NCBI GenBank assembly: GCA_963745835.1
Contig: CAVUZH010000018.1
Location: forward strand, 448,001-512,000
Direction: 5' to 3'
DNA: 64,000 nucleotides
From: an uncultured delta proteobacterium
Lineage (GTDB): Bacteria; Desulfobacterota; Binatia; UBA9968
Numbering within the stretch: the stretch's first letter is position 1; the number at the start of each line of letters is the position of its first letter. Below, in pieces: positions 42,808-51,672 of the stretch. The notes below the pieces were generated by a model. That model made no database searches and was not told where the DNA came from. It saw nothing but the letters and a program-made list of their open reading frames with translations. The translations under genes and the position numbers were made by a program.

Positions 42808-44055
42808 ATGACACGGACAACCATTGCTCTGAGCCTGGCGGTACTGTTGTTCGCTGCAAGCGCGCGAGCACAAGTGACCGTTCTCACTCGCGCCACAATG
42901 ATCGACGGCAGCGGCGCGGGGCCGCAAAAAGACACTACCATCGTGCTCGAGAACGGCCGCATTCGTGAAATAGGGCCGGCATCGAAGCTTTCAAACCCAG
43001 ACGGAGCGATCGTAGTGGATCTCGACGGCAGGTTCATCGTGCCGGGCATCATCAACGCGCATGGCCATGTCGGCGCAAAAACCGAACCGCAGTTACGCCA
43101 ATACGCGCTCTACGGAGTCACCACCGCGACCAGCATGCAAACCGATCCGGACGAGGTCGTGCAGGTCCGTGAAGCGCAGAAGCGCGGTGAATTGCGCGGC
43201 GCCAGGGTGTCCACCGTGAAGTACCGTTTCGCGCCCGACCCTGCGGTGGCGACACCACAGCAGGCGCGCGCCAAGGTCGACGAGGTCATCGCCGCGGGCG
43301 CCGATTACATCAAGCTGTGGGTGGATGGCGGGTTTGGCACGCGAGCGAAACTTACGCCCGAGTTTTGCGCCGCCGTCCTCGATCAAGCGCGCAAGCACGG
43401 CAAACTCACCTTCGGCCACGCTTACGAGCTATCCGACGCGAAGATGCTGGTCGAGCGAGGCTTGAACGTGCTTGCCCACAACATACGCGACCGGGAGGTG
43501 AATGCCGAGATCATTTCACTGCTCATTCAGCATAACGTAACGCTCATTCCGACGTTGATACGCGACGAATTTCTATTCGCCTACGGCGACGCGCCGGCTT
43601 GGATTGACGATCCTTTTTTCCTCAAGTTTGTGCCGCTGGAGCGCCTGAAGATGCTCAAAACCAAGATCCGTGATGAACAGGCCAAGCATCCACAGCGCGC
43701 CCTCTTTAAAGCCGGTTTCGAGATGAACAAGACCAACCTGAAGAGGCTCTCTGACGCGGGGGTGCGCATTGCGTTGGGCACCGACAGCGGCGGCGCCGCT
43801 GATCGCTTCTTTATCCAGGGTTATTCAGAGCATCGCGAGATGGAGCTCATGGTGCAATCGGGACTGAGTCCGATGCAGGTCATCCAGTCCTTCTCCAAGG
43901 GCGGATCGGAGGCGCTCGGCATTGAAAAAGAATTCGGCACGTTGGCCAGAGGCAAAGCAGCCGACCTGCTGGTGCTGGAAAGAAATCCCCTCGAGAACAT
44001 CGCCAACATGCGGTCCATCCAAACTATTTACCTGGGCGGCAAGAAGTTCGATTAG
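42808..44055 (+). CDS. Exported amidohydrolase family protein
   Basis: Signal peptide; PGIINAHGH, GVTT, LGTDSG and GTLARGKAADLLVL motifs. Confidence 0.88.
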   Translation: MTRTTIALSLAVLLFAASARAQVTVLTRATMIDGSGAGPQKDTTIVLENGRIREIGPASKLSNPDGAIVVDLDGRFIVPGIINAHGHVGAKTEPQLRQYALYGVTTATSMQTDPDEVVQVREAQKRGELRGARVSTVKYRFAPDPAVATPQQARAKVDEVIAAGADYIKLWVDGGFGTRAKLTPEFCAAVLDQARKHGKLTFGHAYELSDAKMLVERGLNVLAHNIRDREVNAEIISLLIQHNVTLIPTLIRDEFLFAYGDAPAWIDDPFFLKFVPLERLKMLKTKIRDEQAKHPQRALFKAGFEMNKTNLKRLSDAGVRIALGTDSGGAADRFFIQGYSEHREMELMVQSGLSPMQVIQSFSKGGSEALGIEKEFGTLARGKAADLLVLERNPLENIANMRSIQTIYLGGKKFD

Positions 44056-44487
44056 GGACGCTGCAAGGGATGGCGAGACTTCCAAGTAAAAAGTTCCATG
44101 GAGAAATCTTCTGATCTGACGTCTCCGAGAGGGAACCTGTAACCAACGGGTATTACTCCAGGTGTCTTGATACCTTCTCCGGCCCCATCAGCGCGTAGAG
44201 TCCGGCAGCATTAACGCGCAAGCCGGCTCACGAGGATAAGGCCGAGGCGCAAATGTTTCTCACAGCTGAAGTAGCAAAGCAGGTATCCCGGGTCCGGTGG
44301 TGGCGACGGCCAGCATGATGCCGGCTGTCGCCACCACTAGCGCGTCATCTCGTAGACCGCGAGGATCGCCCCTCTATAGGAGGTTACATGAAGGGATTAG
44401 TTATTTGACAAGAACTAAACCTTATTGCCGCCGCCCTTAACACGGAGATCCGGTTTCGTCCGGATCCGTGCGGTCGAACAGTTTCGC

Positions 44488-44625
44488 TTAATAGGGATAG
44501 CGCGGAATCTGCTCTTTCTTTTGCGGTGTGGGACTCTGCTTCCTGGCGGTGGTTTTCTTGGCGCTCTTTTTCTTAGCGGTAGTTTTTTTCGCCGACTTCT
44601 TCTTTGTGGTTGCCTTTTTTGCCAT
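44488..44625 (-). CDS. 45-aa Lys/Ala/Thr-rich histone-H1-like protein (below the ORF-track cutoff)
   Basis: RBS TAAGGAG; MAKKATTKKKSAKKTTAKKKSAKKTTARKQSPTPQKKEQIPRYPY*; hairpin at 44441-44470 just downstream. Confidence 0.75.
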   Translation of the reverse strand: MAKKATTKKKSAKKTTAKKKSAKKTTARKQSPTPQKKEQIPRYPY

Positions 44626-44910
44626 CGATCGTTCTCCTTATCTCAAATTTTTTCAACCCGTGACTAACGTTTTATACGTGCCTGATAATACTTTAATCAT
44701 CGCGGAAAGAATAGAAAAAATTTAAAGCCGGCGATTTGCGACCGTCGTCCGGTCTCGCTGGACGAAGAATATTTGCGATGAGTAACCCGAGTTCACGTTG
44801 ACGAACGGCAAAAAACCGCAACTTTTGAAATAATCGCATCGGATCAACTCGTCCAAAGCGGACCGCCGGCGATGATCACAGCTTCGATGATTTCTACAAC
44901 CGGCTCCAGG

Positions 44911-45906
44911 CTAGCGTGTCTGGGCGTACAGCTTATCGATCGCGCCGCTCTGCTCTATCTCGCGGACGAAACGCATGTCGATGAACCCTTTAGGATCGGC
45001 GGTCTTGGCGCGCGGGTCGCGATCGGCGGCGAGTTCGAAGATAATCTCGACGGCGGCGGGCGCGGCGTACGGCACCCGCGGGAACTGTTTTACGACGAAC
45101 GACTCATAGGCGTCTTCCAGGGCTTCGCGGTCTTGCACGCGCAAATATTTTTGCATGATCTTCAGCGCTGCTTCCCGGTTGCTTTTAGCATAATGGATCG
45201 CTTCGACGATGACTCGAACGGTTCTTCGAACGGTGTCTTCATTGGCCTTCACGTAAGCGCGCCGGGTCACTAGACCGCCTTGTAGAAACGGAATACCCAA
45301 TTCGACGCCGTCAGCCAGGGCGCGAAACCCCAAGCGGCGGGCCTGCACGGTTTGCGGCGAATCGAGCACCGTGGCATCAAGCTTTTTGGCTTCCATGGCG
45401 CCAAGGCGAGTCGCCGGTCCGCCGCCGCCTGCCTGAATGATCTGTACATCTTTATTCTCATTGATTCCGAGCTTGCGAAGAATCAAACGCAATGCCCAGT
45501 CCGCGGCGGCGCCGTAGCGCCCGATGCCGATCACTTTTCCGCGCAGATCCTCAGGGCGGCGGATCTCGGGACGAGTAATAAGCTGATAGGAGTTCAAATT
45601 GCACCAGCCCGCCAGCATGACCAAGTCCAAGCCGTTCAGATACGGCCCAACCGCCAGGCCGCCGGACATCGTCGCCAGAGGCGCTGCGCCGGCGGTGAGC
45701 GCCTGCACCGCCGGCGCGGAGTCGACGTAGATCAGGTCCGCGTTTAAACCGTGGCGCTCGAAGAGCCCAGCCTCGCGCGCAAACCAAGTCGCGGAGTTGG
45801 TCATGGTAAATTGGCTATAGATTAATTTAAGCGGCTCTTGTGCGGGCGCCTGCTGCGGGACCAAGAGTAAGACGGCGAGAGCACCAATGATCAACATGCT
45901 TTTCAT
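44911..45906 (-). CDS. NitT/TauT (SsuA/THI5-like) ABC substrate-binding protein
   Basis: RBS GGAGG before MKSMLII; WFAREAGLFERHGL, DLRGKVIGI and FIDMRFVREIE motifs. Confidence 0.88.
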   Translation of the reverse strand: MKSMLIIGALAVLLLVPQQAPAQEPLKLIYSQFTMTNSATWFAREAGLFERHGLNADLIYVDSAPAVQALTAGAAPLATMSGGLAVGPYLNGLDLVMLAGWCNLNSYQLITRPEIRRPEDLRGKVIGIGRYGAAADWALRLILRKLGINENKDVQIIQAGGGGPATRLGAMEAKKLDATVLDSPQTVQARRLGFRALADGVELGIPFLQGGLVTRRAYVKANEDTVRRTVRVIVEAIHYAKSNREAALKIMQKYLRVQDREALEDAYESFVVKQFPRVPYAAPAAVEIIFELAADRDPRAKTADPKGFIDMRFVREIEQSGAIDKLYAQTR

Positions 45907-46195
45907 AAGCCCTCCATGAATCACTAAGACATCGCATAGCGCCGCGGAAAAAAGCAATCTGATTAACTGCAACAGGTAATCCGCGCCGGCGTCGTGAAAT
46001 CCTTGGGCTACGTTCAGCAACCAAAAACGACAGACATTTGCCGGCGTTAAAAATGTGGTGAACAGCAATCCTATGACGATTCGCTGTAACTAAGACTTCA
46101 TGCGGCTCCCCTGGATGTTCCAGGCAGCGCTGCCGGCGGCGAGCGGTTAAAACAGGCATCGTGTCAGTCCAGTAGATCGAGTCGCCTTTTTTCAC

Positions 46196-47544
46196 TGTCG
46201 TAGCAACGTCAATATGTCATGTTAACAGCAACGTAAAAATGTCAGGGTGACACCTGAGGTAAAGTCGCCAGCTTAGAAAGCGGACCATAGCGGAACCCTA
46301 CCTTCTTACCGTTCGTTCGATATAGGCCAATTGTGTGCGTTGTTTTTGAATCGAAGGTTGCGATTTTCTCGGTGTTGTAGAAAAACTCCACCGCGCCATC
46401 GAGAAGCACATGCACATCGATTCTCTTGTTGGCATAGGAGCGAAAGGGCGAGGTCTTAGGGATCTGCAAGACCGAACCTTCGAAAGTCACGGTGTTGTCC
46501 TTGGCCACGGTACGCTGTTGTTTGAAACACAAAGCCCTGTCGATTTTAAGCGCACTGAGTTTTCTCCAGGCCGGCTCTGCTTTAGCGGGCTGAGCGAATC
46601 TACGGTTATGAACGATGAGATAACGATTCAGGACCACGGTTGCCTGTTCCACGGTCTTGGCCTTGGCCAGCCGCAGCTCACTGACCAGTCGATCCTGGAA
46701 AGTGTTCCACAGTCTCTCGATTCTTCCCTTGGCCTGAGGGGAATGGGCTAGGATCAAGGTCACCCCCAGCTCTTCTAACCCTCGGCCCACCTCGGTAGTC
46801 GGTTTTCTGTTGATCAACTGCTCCTCTAATGTCGGTTCCCGCTCGGTCCAGAATACCGAGTGACAGTCGGTATAGATCGACTGGGGCACTCCATGCTGCT
46901 TGAAGATCTCGCAGAACAGGTGGAAGTAACCCCAGGAGCTCTCGGCCGGGGCAAAAAAGGCTCCCATGACTTTGCTCGTGGCATCGTCGATGGCCCCGAT
47001 CAGACAAAGGCGCGACCCTCGTCCTTGGAGCCAGTCGTGCGGGGAGCCATCGACCTGGAGCATCATCCCCTCACTGGCCCGTCTTTCTCTGCGGCTTCGG
47101 TGTTTGATCCCGCGGCGCCTCTTGGGGGAACCGATCCCGTTTGCACGAAGAACACGCCGGACTTTCTCTCGACTGAGCTTGATCTTTTCTTGTTCTTTGA
47201 GCTTCTCGGTCAGATGGTGATCGTTGAAGCCTTGGTATTTCCCTCGGGCTAATGCCAAGACCTGTCTAATGGTCTTCTCCTTGGTCTTACGTTTACAAGG
47301 CCGTCCGCGGTTGCCATGAACCACTCCCTTGGCTCCGGTCTTATTGACCCGTGCTTTGATCCGATAACACTGCCGCTGGCTTACTCCCATCACCAGTGCG
47401 GCTTGCATCACTGTCAGCTCACGGCGCAACACCCGTTGTATTATCTCTAGTCGCTTCTCGTCTTGCATTGTCAGGGTTGTCATCCTCCCACCCTGACATA
47501 ATCACGTTGCCATTAACCCCTGACAGATTCACTTCGCTACTACA
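46196..47544 (-). mobile_element. Insertion sequence, IS1202/ISNCY (IS481-related) type, 1349 bp, with 15-bp direct repeat
   Basis: Ends TGTCGTAGCAACGTCAATATGTCA and TGTAGTAGCGAAGTGAATCTGTCA (19/24), with repeated subterminal TGTCA boxes. DR GTCGCCTTTTTTCAC (46181-46195) vs GTCGCCGTTTTTCAC (47545-47559). Confidence 0.88.
46242..47483 (-). CDS. ISNCY/IS1202-type DDE transposase
   Basis: N-terminal HTH, HGNRGR, LQVDGSPHDW, AIDDATS, IYTD and SPQAKGRIER motifs. Confidence 0.93.
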   Translation of the reverse strand: MTTLTMQDEKRLEIIQRVLRRELTVMQAALVMGVSQRQCYRIKARVNKTGAKGVVHGNRGRPCKRKTKEKTIRQVLALARGKYQGFNDHHLTEKLKEQEKIKLSREKVRRVLRANGIGSPKRRRGIKHRSRRERRASEGMMLQVDGSPHDWLQGRGSRLCLIGAIDDATSKVMGAFFAPAESSWGYFHLFCEIFKQHGVPQSIYTDCHSVFWTEREPTLEEQLINRKPTTEVGRGLEELGVTLILAHSPQAKGRIERLWNTFQDRLVSELRLAKAKTVEQATVVLNRYLIVHNRRFAQPAKAEPAWRKLSALKIDRALCFKQQRTVAKDNTVTFEGSVLQIPKTSPFRSYANKRIDVHVLLDGAVEFFYNTEKIATFDSKTTHTIGLYRTNGKKVGFRYGPLSKLATLPQVSP

Positions 47545-47660
47545 GTCGCCGTTTTTCACTTGACACTCATTCGAGACTTTACTAAGCGACGTTTAGAATT
47601 ATTTCGCCGAAATTAAGAAACGCCAGATAAAGCGAAATGAGCTAATAAATCGAAGGGGGA

Positions 47661-48269
47661 ATGCATATGGCTTACAAACTCGAGGGAAGTCTTCTCGAAG
47701 TCTGCAATTGCGAGGTGCTCTGCCCCTGTTGGATCGGGGTCGATCCGGATAACGGCACTTGCGACACCGTGGTTGCGCATCATTTTGACAGAGGGAAAAT
47801 CGATGGTGTAGACGTATCCGGGCTCACCATGGGCTTCACTGCGCACGTTCCGGGAAACATACTCAAAGGCAACTGGCGCGCGGTGGTGCATATCGATCAA
47901 GCGGCGACGAAAGAACAGGAAGATGCGCTGCTCAGTGTTTACACCGGCAAGCAGGGCGGTCCGCTGGCGGACCTTTTCCAATTGATCGGCGAAGTAGTCG
48001 CGGTCGAGCGCTCGCCCATCACCTTCACGGTTGAGGAAGGGAAAGGAACCCTGCGGATCGGCAATGTCGCGGATTGTGAGATGGAACCTTTCCGCGGTCC
48101 TAACGGTGATGTGACAACGCTCCGCGATTCGGTGTTTTCGACCATTCCCGGCTCACCGGCATACGTTGCCAAGGCAACCAAATACAAAATGGAAAATCCT
48201 AAACTAGGCCAAAGCATCGACCTTAAGGATCACAACGCGATCCAGGGGAAGTTTGTTTTTGAAGCCTGA
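47661..48269 (+). CDS. DUF1326 domain protein
   Basis: EVCNCEVLCPCW, GVDVSGL and G..GGP motifs. Confidence 0.85.
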   Translation: MHMAYKLEGSLLEVCNCEVLCPCWIGVDPDNGTCDTVVAHHFDRGKIDGVDVSGLTMGFTAHVPGNILKGNWRAVVHIDQAATKEQEDALLSVYTGKQGGPLADLFQLIGEVVAVERSPITFTVEEGKGTLRIGNVADCEMEPFRGPNGDVTTLRDSVFSTIPGSPAYVAKATKYKMENPKLGQSIDLKDHNAIQGKFVFEA

Positions 48270-48299
48270 CGCCGATTGGAAAACGCAACAGTGACAGTG

Positions 48300-48365
48300 C
48301 TCGCGCAAAGCCGCGAAGTTCGGAAGCATTGCCTTTACCATGGCCACTTTGCGTCTTTGCGCGAG
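48300..48365. repeat. REP-like palindrome
   Basis: CTCGCGCAAAGCCGCGAAG...CTTTGCGTCTTTGCGCGAG (17/19 inverted). Confidence 0.65.
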
Positions 48366-48426
48366 AAATTCCTGTTCTAATTGGGTGCGATAAATCTTTT
48401 CTGTTTGCGGCTTCCTCCGGCCCGTT

Positions 48427-49218
48427 ATGCAAGCTCTGCGCATAAGCCCCGCTGCTGATCGTCGACTCTTCCTATGGCTGATGGGCTCGTTGATCGGCGT
48501 GGCATGGCTGATTCTCTGGCTCTGGGATCGCTCGCCCTATGGCCGCTATCTCCATCATGCAGAACTGGGCGAGTTGGGCCTCAGCGGATCGGCGGTTCTC
48601 GCTATCGTGCTCTACCTGCTTGGCTGGATCCTGATGACGGCGGCGATGATGTTGCCGACCACCTTGCCACTGCTTGAGATATTTCGTCGCCTGATCATGC
48701 GCCGGCCGGATCGATGGCAACTCGTGATCGAGGTGATCACCGGCTACCTAAGTGTTTGGCTGGTCTTCGGCATTGCCGCCCATTCAGCCGATTGGCTACT
48801 GCATCAAGCTGTAGAACGAAGTCCTTGGCTCGACACCAACGGCTGGGTCATTGGAGCGGGCACGCTGCTGTTGGCCGGCGGTTTTCAGTTCACTGGGCTC
48901 AAATACCGCTGTCTGGACAAATGTCGAGCGCCTTTGAGTTTTGTCATGGAACACTGGCGCGGCCGGCATGAACACCGAAACGCGCTCTTGCTCGGCATCC
49001 ATCATGGGGTTTTTTGTGTGGGCTGCTGCTGGGCCTTGATGCTCTTGATGTTCGCTGTCGGCGTCGGCAATGTCGGTTGGATGCTGGCCCTTGGCGCGCT
49101 TATGGCAATGGAGAAGAATATGCCTTGGGGCCGCAAGCTGAGCGCTCCCGTCGGTGTGGCTTTACTCGCAGCTGGAGTCTTGATCGTGTTCAACCATTCC
49201 TTTTTCATCCAAGGTTAG
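48427..49218 (+). CDS. DUF2182 putative metal-binding membrane protein
   Basis: MTAAMMLP, QFTGLKYRCLDKCRAP and CVGCCWALM motifs. Confidence 0.88.
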   Translation: MQALRISPAADRRLFLWLMGSLIGVAWLILWLWDRSPYGRYLHHAELGELGLSGSAVLAIVLYLLGWILMTAAMMLPTTLPLLEIFRRLIMRRPDRWQLVIEVITGYLSVWLVFGIAAHSADWLLHQAVERSPWLDTNGWVIGAGTLLLAGGFQFTGLKYRCLDKCRAPLSFVMEHWRGRHEHRNALLLGIHHGVFCVGCCWALMLLMFAVGVGNVGWMLALGALMAMEKNMPWGRKLSAPVGVALLAAGVLIVFNHSFFIQG

Positions 49219-49302
49219 CTCGCTTCGTAACGCGCAAGGGTACGCCGCAAAGTATTTCGCTGAGCAACGAAGGCACGCAGAGCGGCAAAGGCCCTCATGA
49301 GC

Positions 49303-49680
49303 AAATTCGAAGCACTAACAGGCTGCTGAAAAAGACCCATATGCTTCGTTGCGCTCAAATCGCCTCGCTGCAACGTACTGTAAGTACGCCTTAGCTCGTC
49401 GATTTTTCGTGCGCCTCGCCTCTGGATCTTTTGAGCAGCCTGCAACCAGAGTTTTTAGCAACCTGCTAAGTCCGAAGCTCGAAACAAATATGATGAAAGC
49501 ACGAAATCCGAGGCTCGAAGCTCGAACTAAATTCAAAACAATGTTCCAAACGGAGTTGAATCGATTCGGAGTTTTGGCTTTCTCTGTTTGAGATTTATTT
49601 GGGTGCTGTTTGTTTCGGATTTCGTGCTTCGGATTTCGAATTTGTTTCGCAATTGTTTCGGATCGCAATTCGAAATTCAT
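49303..49680. repeat. 7-nt-unit palindromic element, interrupted by a MITE
   Basis: AAATTCGAAGCACTAA|GTCCGAAGCTCGAAACAAAT...TTTGTTTCGGATTTCGTGCTTCGGATTTCGAATTT. Confidence 0.7.
49319..49465. mobile_element. 147-bp MITE with IS5/IS1182-like ends and CTAA target duplication
   Basis: CTAA(49315-18)-CAGGCTGCTGAAAAA...TTTTTAGCAACCTG-CTAA(49466-69); an extra internal end TTTTGAGCAGCCTG. Confidence 0.8.
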
Positions 49681-49683
49681 ATC

Positions 49684-50940
49684 TTAGCGCCGGCCTGCCG
49701 CGAGCTTCAATGAATCCGGAAGGTCACGGAGGCGGCCCATGGCGGCCACGCCGAGAAATGGTCCCATCGCCAGCGCGGCGAATGCCCAGCGCCATCCTAC
49801 CCAGCTGACGACCACGGGAATCATCCAGATCGACGCCACTGTGAGAGCAAAGCCGACGCAAGTCTGAATCGTCAGCGCTGTCCCCACATAGGCGGGCTGC
49901 GAAAGCTCAGTCACTGCGGTGGAGAATTGAGCCGAATCGGCAATGACAGTAATGCCCCATAGAATAGCTATGGCGAGAGTGACACCGGGAGGGCCTCCAA
50001 AGGTGAAACCGATGAGGAGGGCGCAGAGACCGCTCAAACCCATGGCGGCCATCGTGAGAGTTGTCCGCCCCCAACGATCCGATACCACCCCGCCGATATA
50101 GCAGCCGAGCGCACCGATCGCGATCACAAGAAAGGCCGCAATACTTGGATGCATGCCGAAGTAATCGTTGGCGCCTCGGATCTGAATGCTTTCGGCAAGA
50201 AAAACTCCGATCCACGCCCACATCGGATATAGCTCCCACATGTGTCCGAAATAGCCGAAGCAAGTGAGCCGCAATCCACGCTCGCGAAAAATGGCTCCGG
50301 ACATGCGAATGTCAAACCGCGCGGGTGGAAATCGGTAAGGACCATCCCTGACTAAGACCAGGATGATCACACAGCTCAATAGCGCGAGCAGCGACGACGC
50401 CAGCAGAGTCTGGCGCCACGGAAGGTCGGTGGCGCCGCGAATCAGATGTGGAATCGCCGAACCAGCCGTAAGCGCGCCGATTAAGATTCCCATCGCGACT
50501 CCGCGGCCGTCGCGAAACCAGGTCGCCATAATCTTCATGGCCGGCGGGTAGGCGCCGGCCATGCAAATACCCGTGATAATGCGCAAGATCAAAGCCGTTG
50601 CCAGATTATCGCCCCATAGAGCCAGCGCGCCGTTTGCGACTGCGCCAGCGGCGGCGCTGATCGCCATGAGAACCCGGGGTGAGTATATATCGGGCAGATT
50701 ACCGAGGGCGCTCAGGAGCGTGCCGATGATGAAGCCTACCTGAACAGCGATGGTGAGTCCCGCCCGGCCGCTATCGCTGAGCTGCCATTCGCTCGAGAGC
50801 GCTGGAAGCACGGCAGTGGCGCTAAACCAGAGTGAGAGCGCAAATAATTCAGCAATGGATAGATAGACGAGTGCCCGCCAGCGTTGGCCTGCATCCTTCT
50901 GGTAGGAGTTGTGAATGGATTGCGGGCTTTGGTCGCTCAT
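49684..50940 (-). CDS. MFS transporter
   Basis: About 12 TM segments; GVVSDRWGR MFS motif; YFGHMWELY. Confidence 0.9.
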   Translation of the reverse strand: MSDQSPQSIHNSYQKDAGQRWRALVYLSIAELFALSLWFSATAVLPALSSEWQLSDSGRAGLTIAVQVGFIIGTLLSALGNLPDIYSPRVLMAISAAAGAVANGALALWGDNLATALILRIITGICMAGAYPPAMKIMATWFRDGRGVAMGILIGALTAGSAIPHLIRGATDLPWRQTLLASSLLALLSCVIILVLVRDGPYRFPPARFDIRMSGAIFRERGLRLTCFGYFGHMWELYPMWAWIGVFLAESIQIRGANDYFGMHPSIAAFLVIAIGALGCYIGGVVSDRWGRTTLTMAAMGLSGLCALLIGFTFGGPPGVTLAIAILWGITVIADSAQFSTAVTELSQPAYVGTALTIQTCVGFALTVASIWMIPVVVSWVGWRWAFAALAMGPFLGVAAMGRLRDLPDSLKLAAGRR

Positions 50941-51263
50941 CCGAAGAAGCTACTTAAGCCGATAGACCGCGTCAAATGAAAATCGAAACACAGTGGCCCG
51001 CAACAATACAGAAAGCAGGAAGCGGCAACAGCAATTTGCCGATCTTACAGTTGGGACAGGGATGATGCGACTTGACCGATTCCAGGCCCCTAAGGAATCC
51101 CACTTTTGAAATTTCGACTTCACATAATCAGATAAATGGGAGGTTGGAGATCTCCCGCTCAGCGTTCCCGACTTATTGATTTAGATGGCATGGACGTTGC
51201 TGATTTTACGGATGAATCGGCTTCGCCTTCCAGCAGAGCTAGTCTTATTCGGGGAGGATTACC

Positions 51264-51482
51264 ATGGCAACATTTCAATCGATAGGAGATTTTTTCACGC
51301 GTATCTTCGGTTGGGGTGGGCGTAGCTGGGGAGGAGAAAGGGGTCCGCAGCCAGGTGATGGTGCGGTCGTTCACCATTCTTCTGGCGAAGCCGACTTCGA
51401 TGGTTTATCGGGGGATGTCCCGCCGCCAATCAAGGATGCTAATCGCGATCTGCCGTACCCGCGGAAAAAATCCGCCGATTAG
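51264..51482 (+). CDS. Small hypothetical protein (72 aa)
   Basis: Strong RBS GGGGAGG before ATG; sits alone in an intergenic gap. Confidence 0.45.
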   Translation: MATFQSIGDFFTRIFGWGGRSWGGERGPQPGDGAVVHHSSGEADFDGLSGDVPPPIKDANRDLPYPRKKSAD

Positions 51483-51672
51483 GTCTTTAAAGGCCGTTCG
51501 GCATGGTTGCCATCGGCCCCAACAACAAAGCTGCCGTAGCGGAAGCTTACAGGGAGTTTTCTCCCTCCACAGCTTTATATTAAGAAGGGGACGGCACTGA
51601 CTTTCTTACTTCTAAGTCGTCAATCCACCTCATGGTCGCGAGGCGTCCCTTGTCATCCCATCGGCCGCAAAG

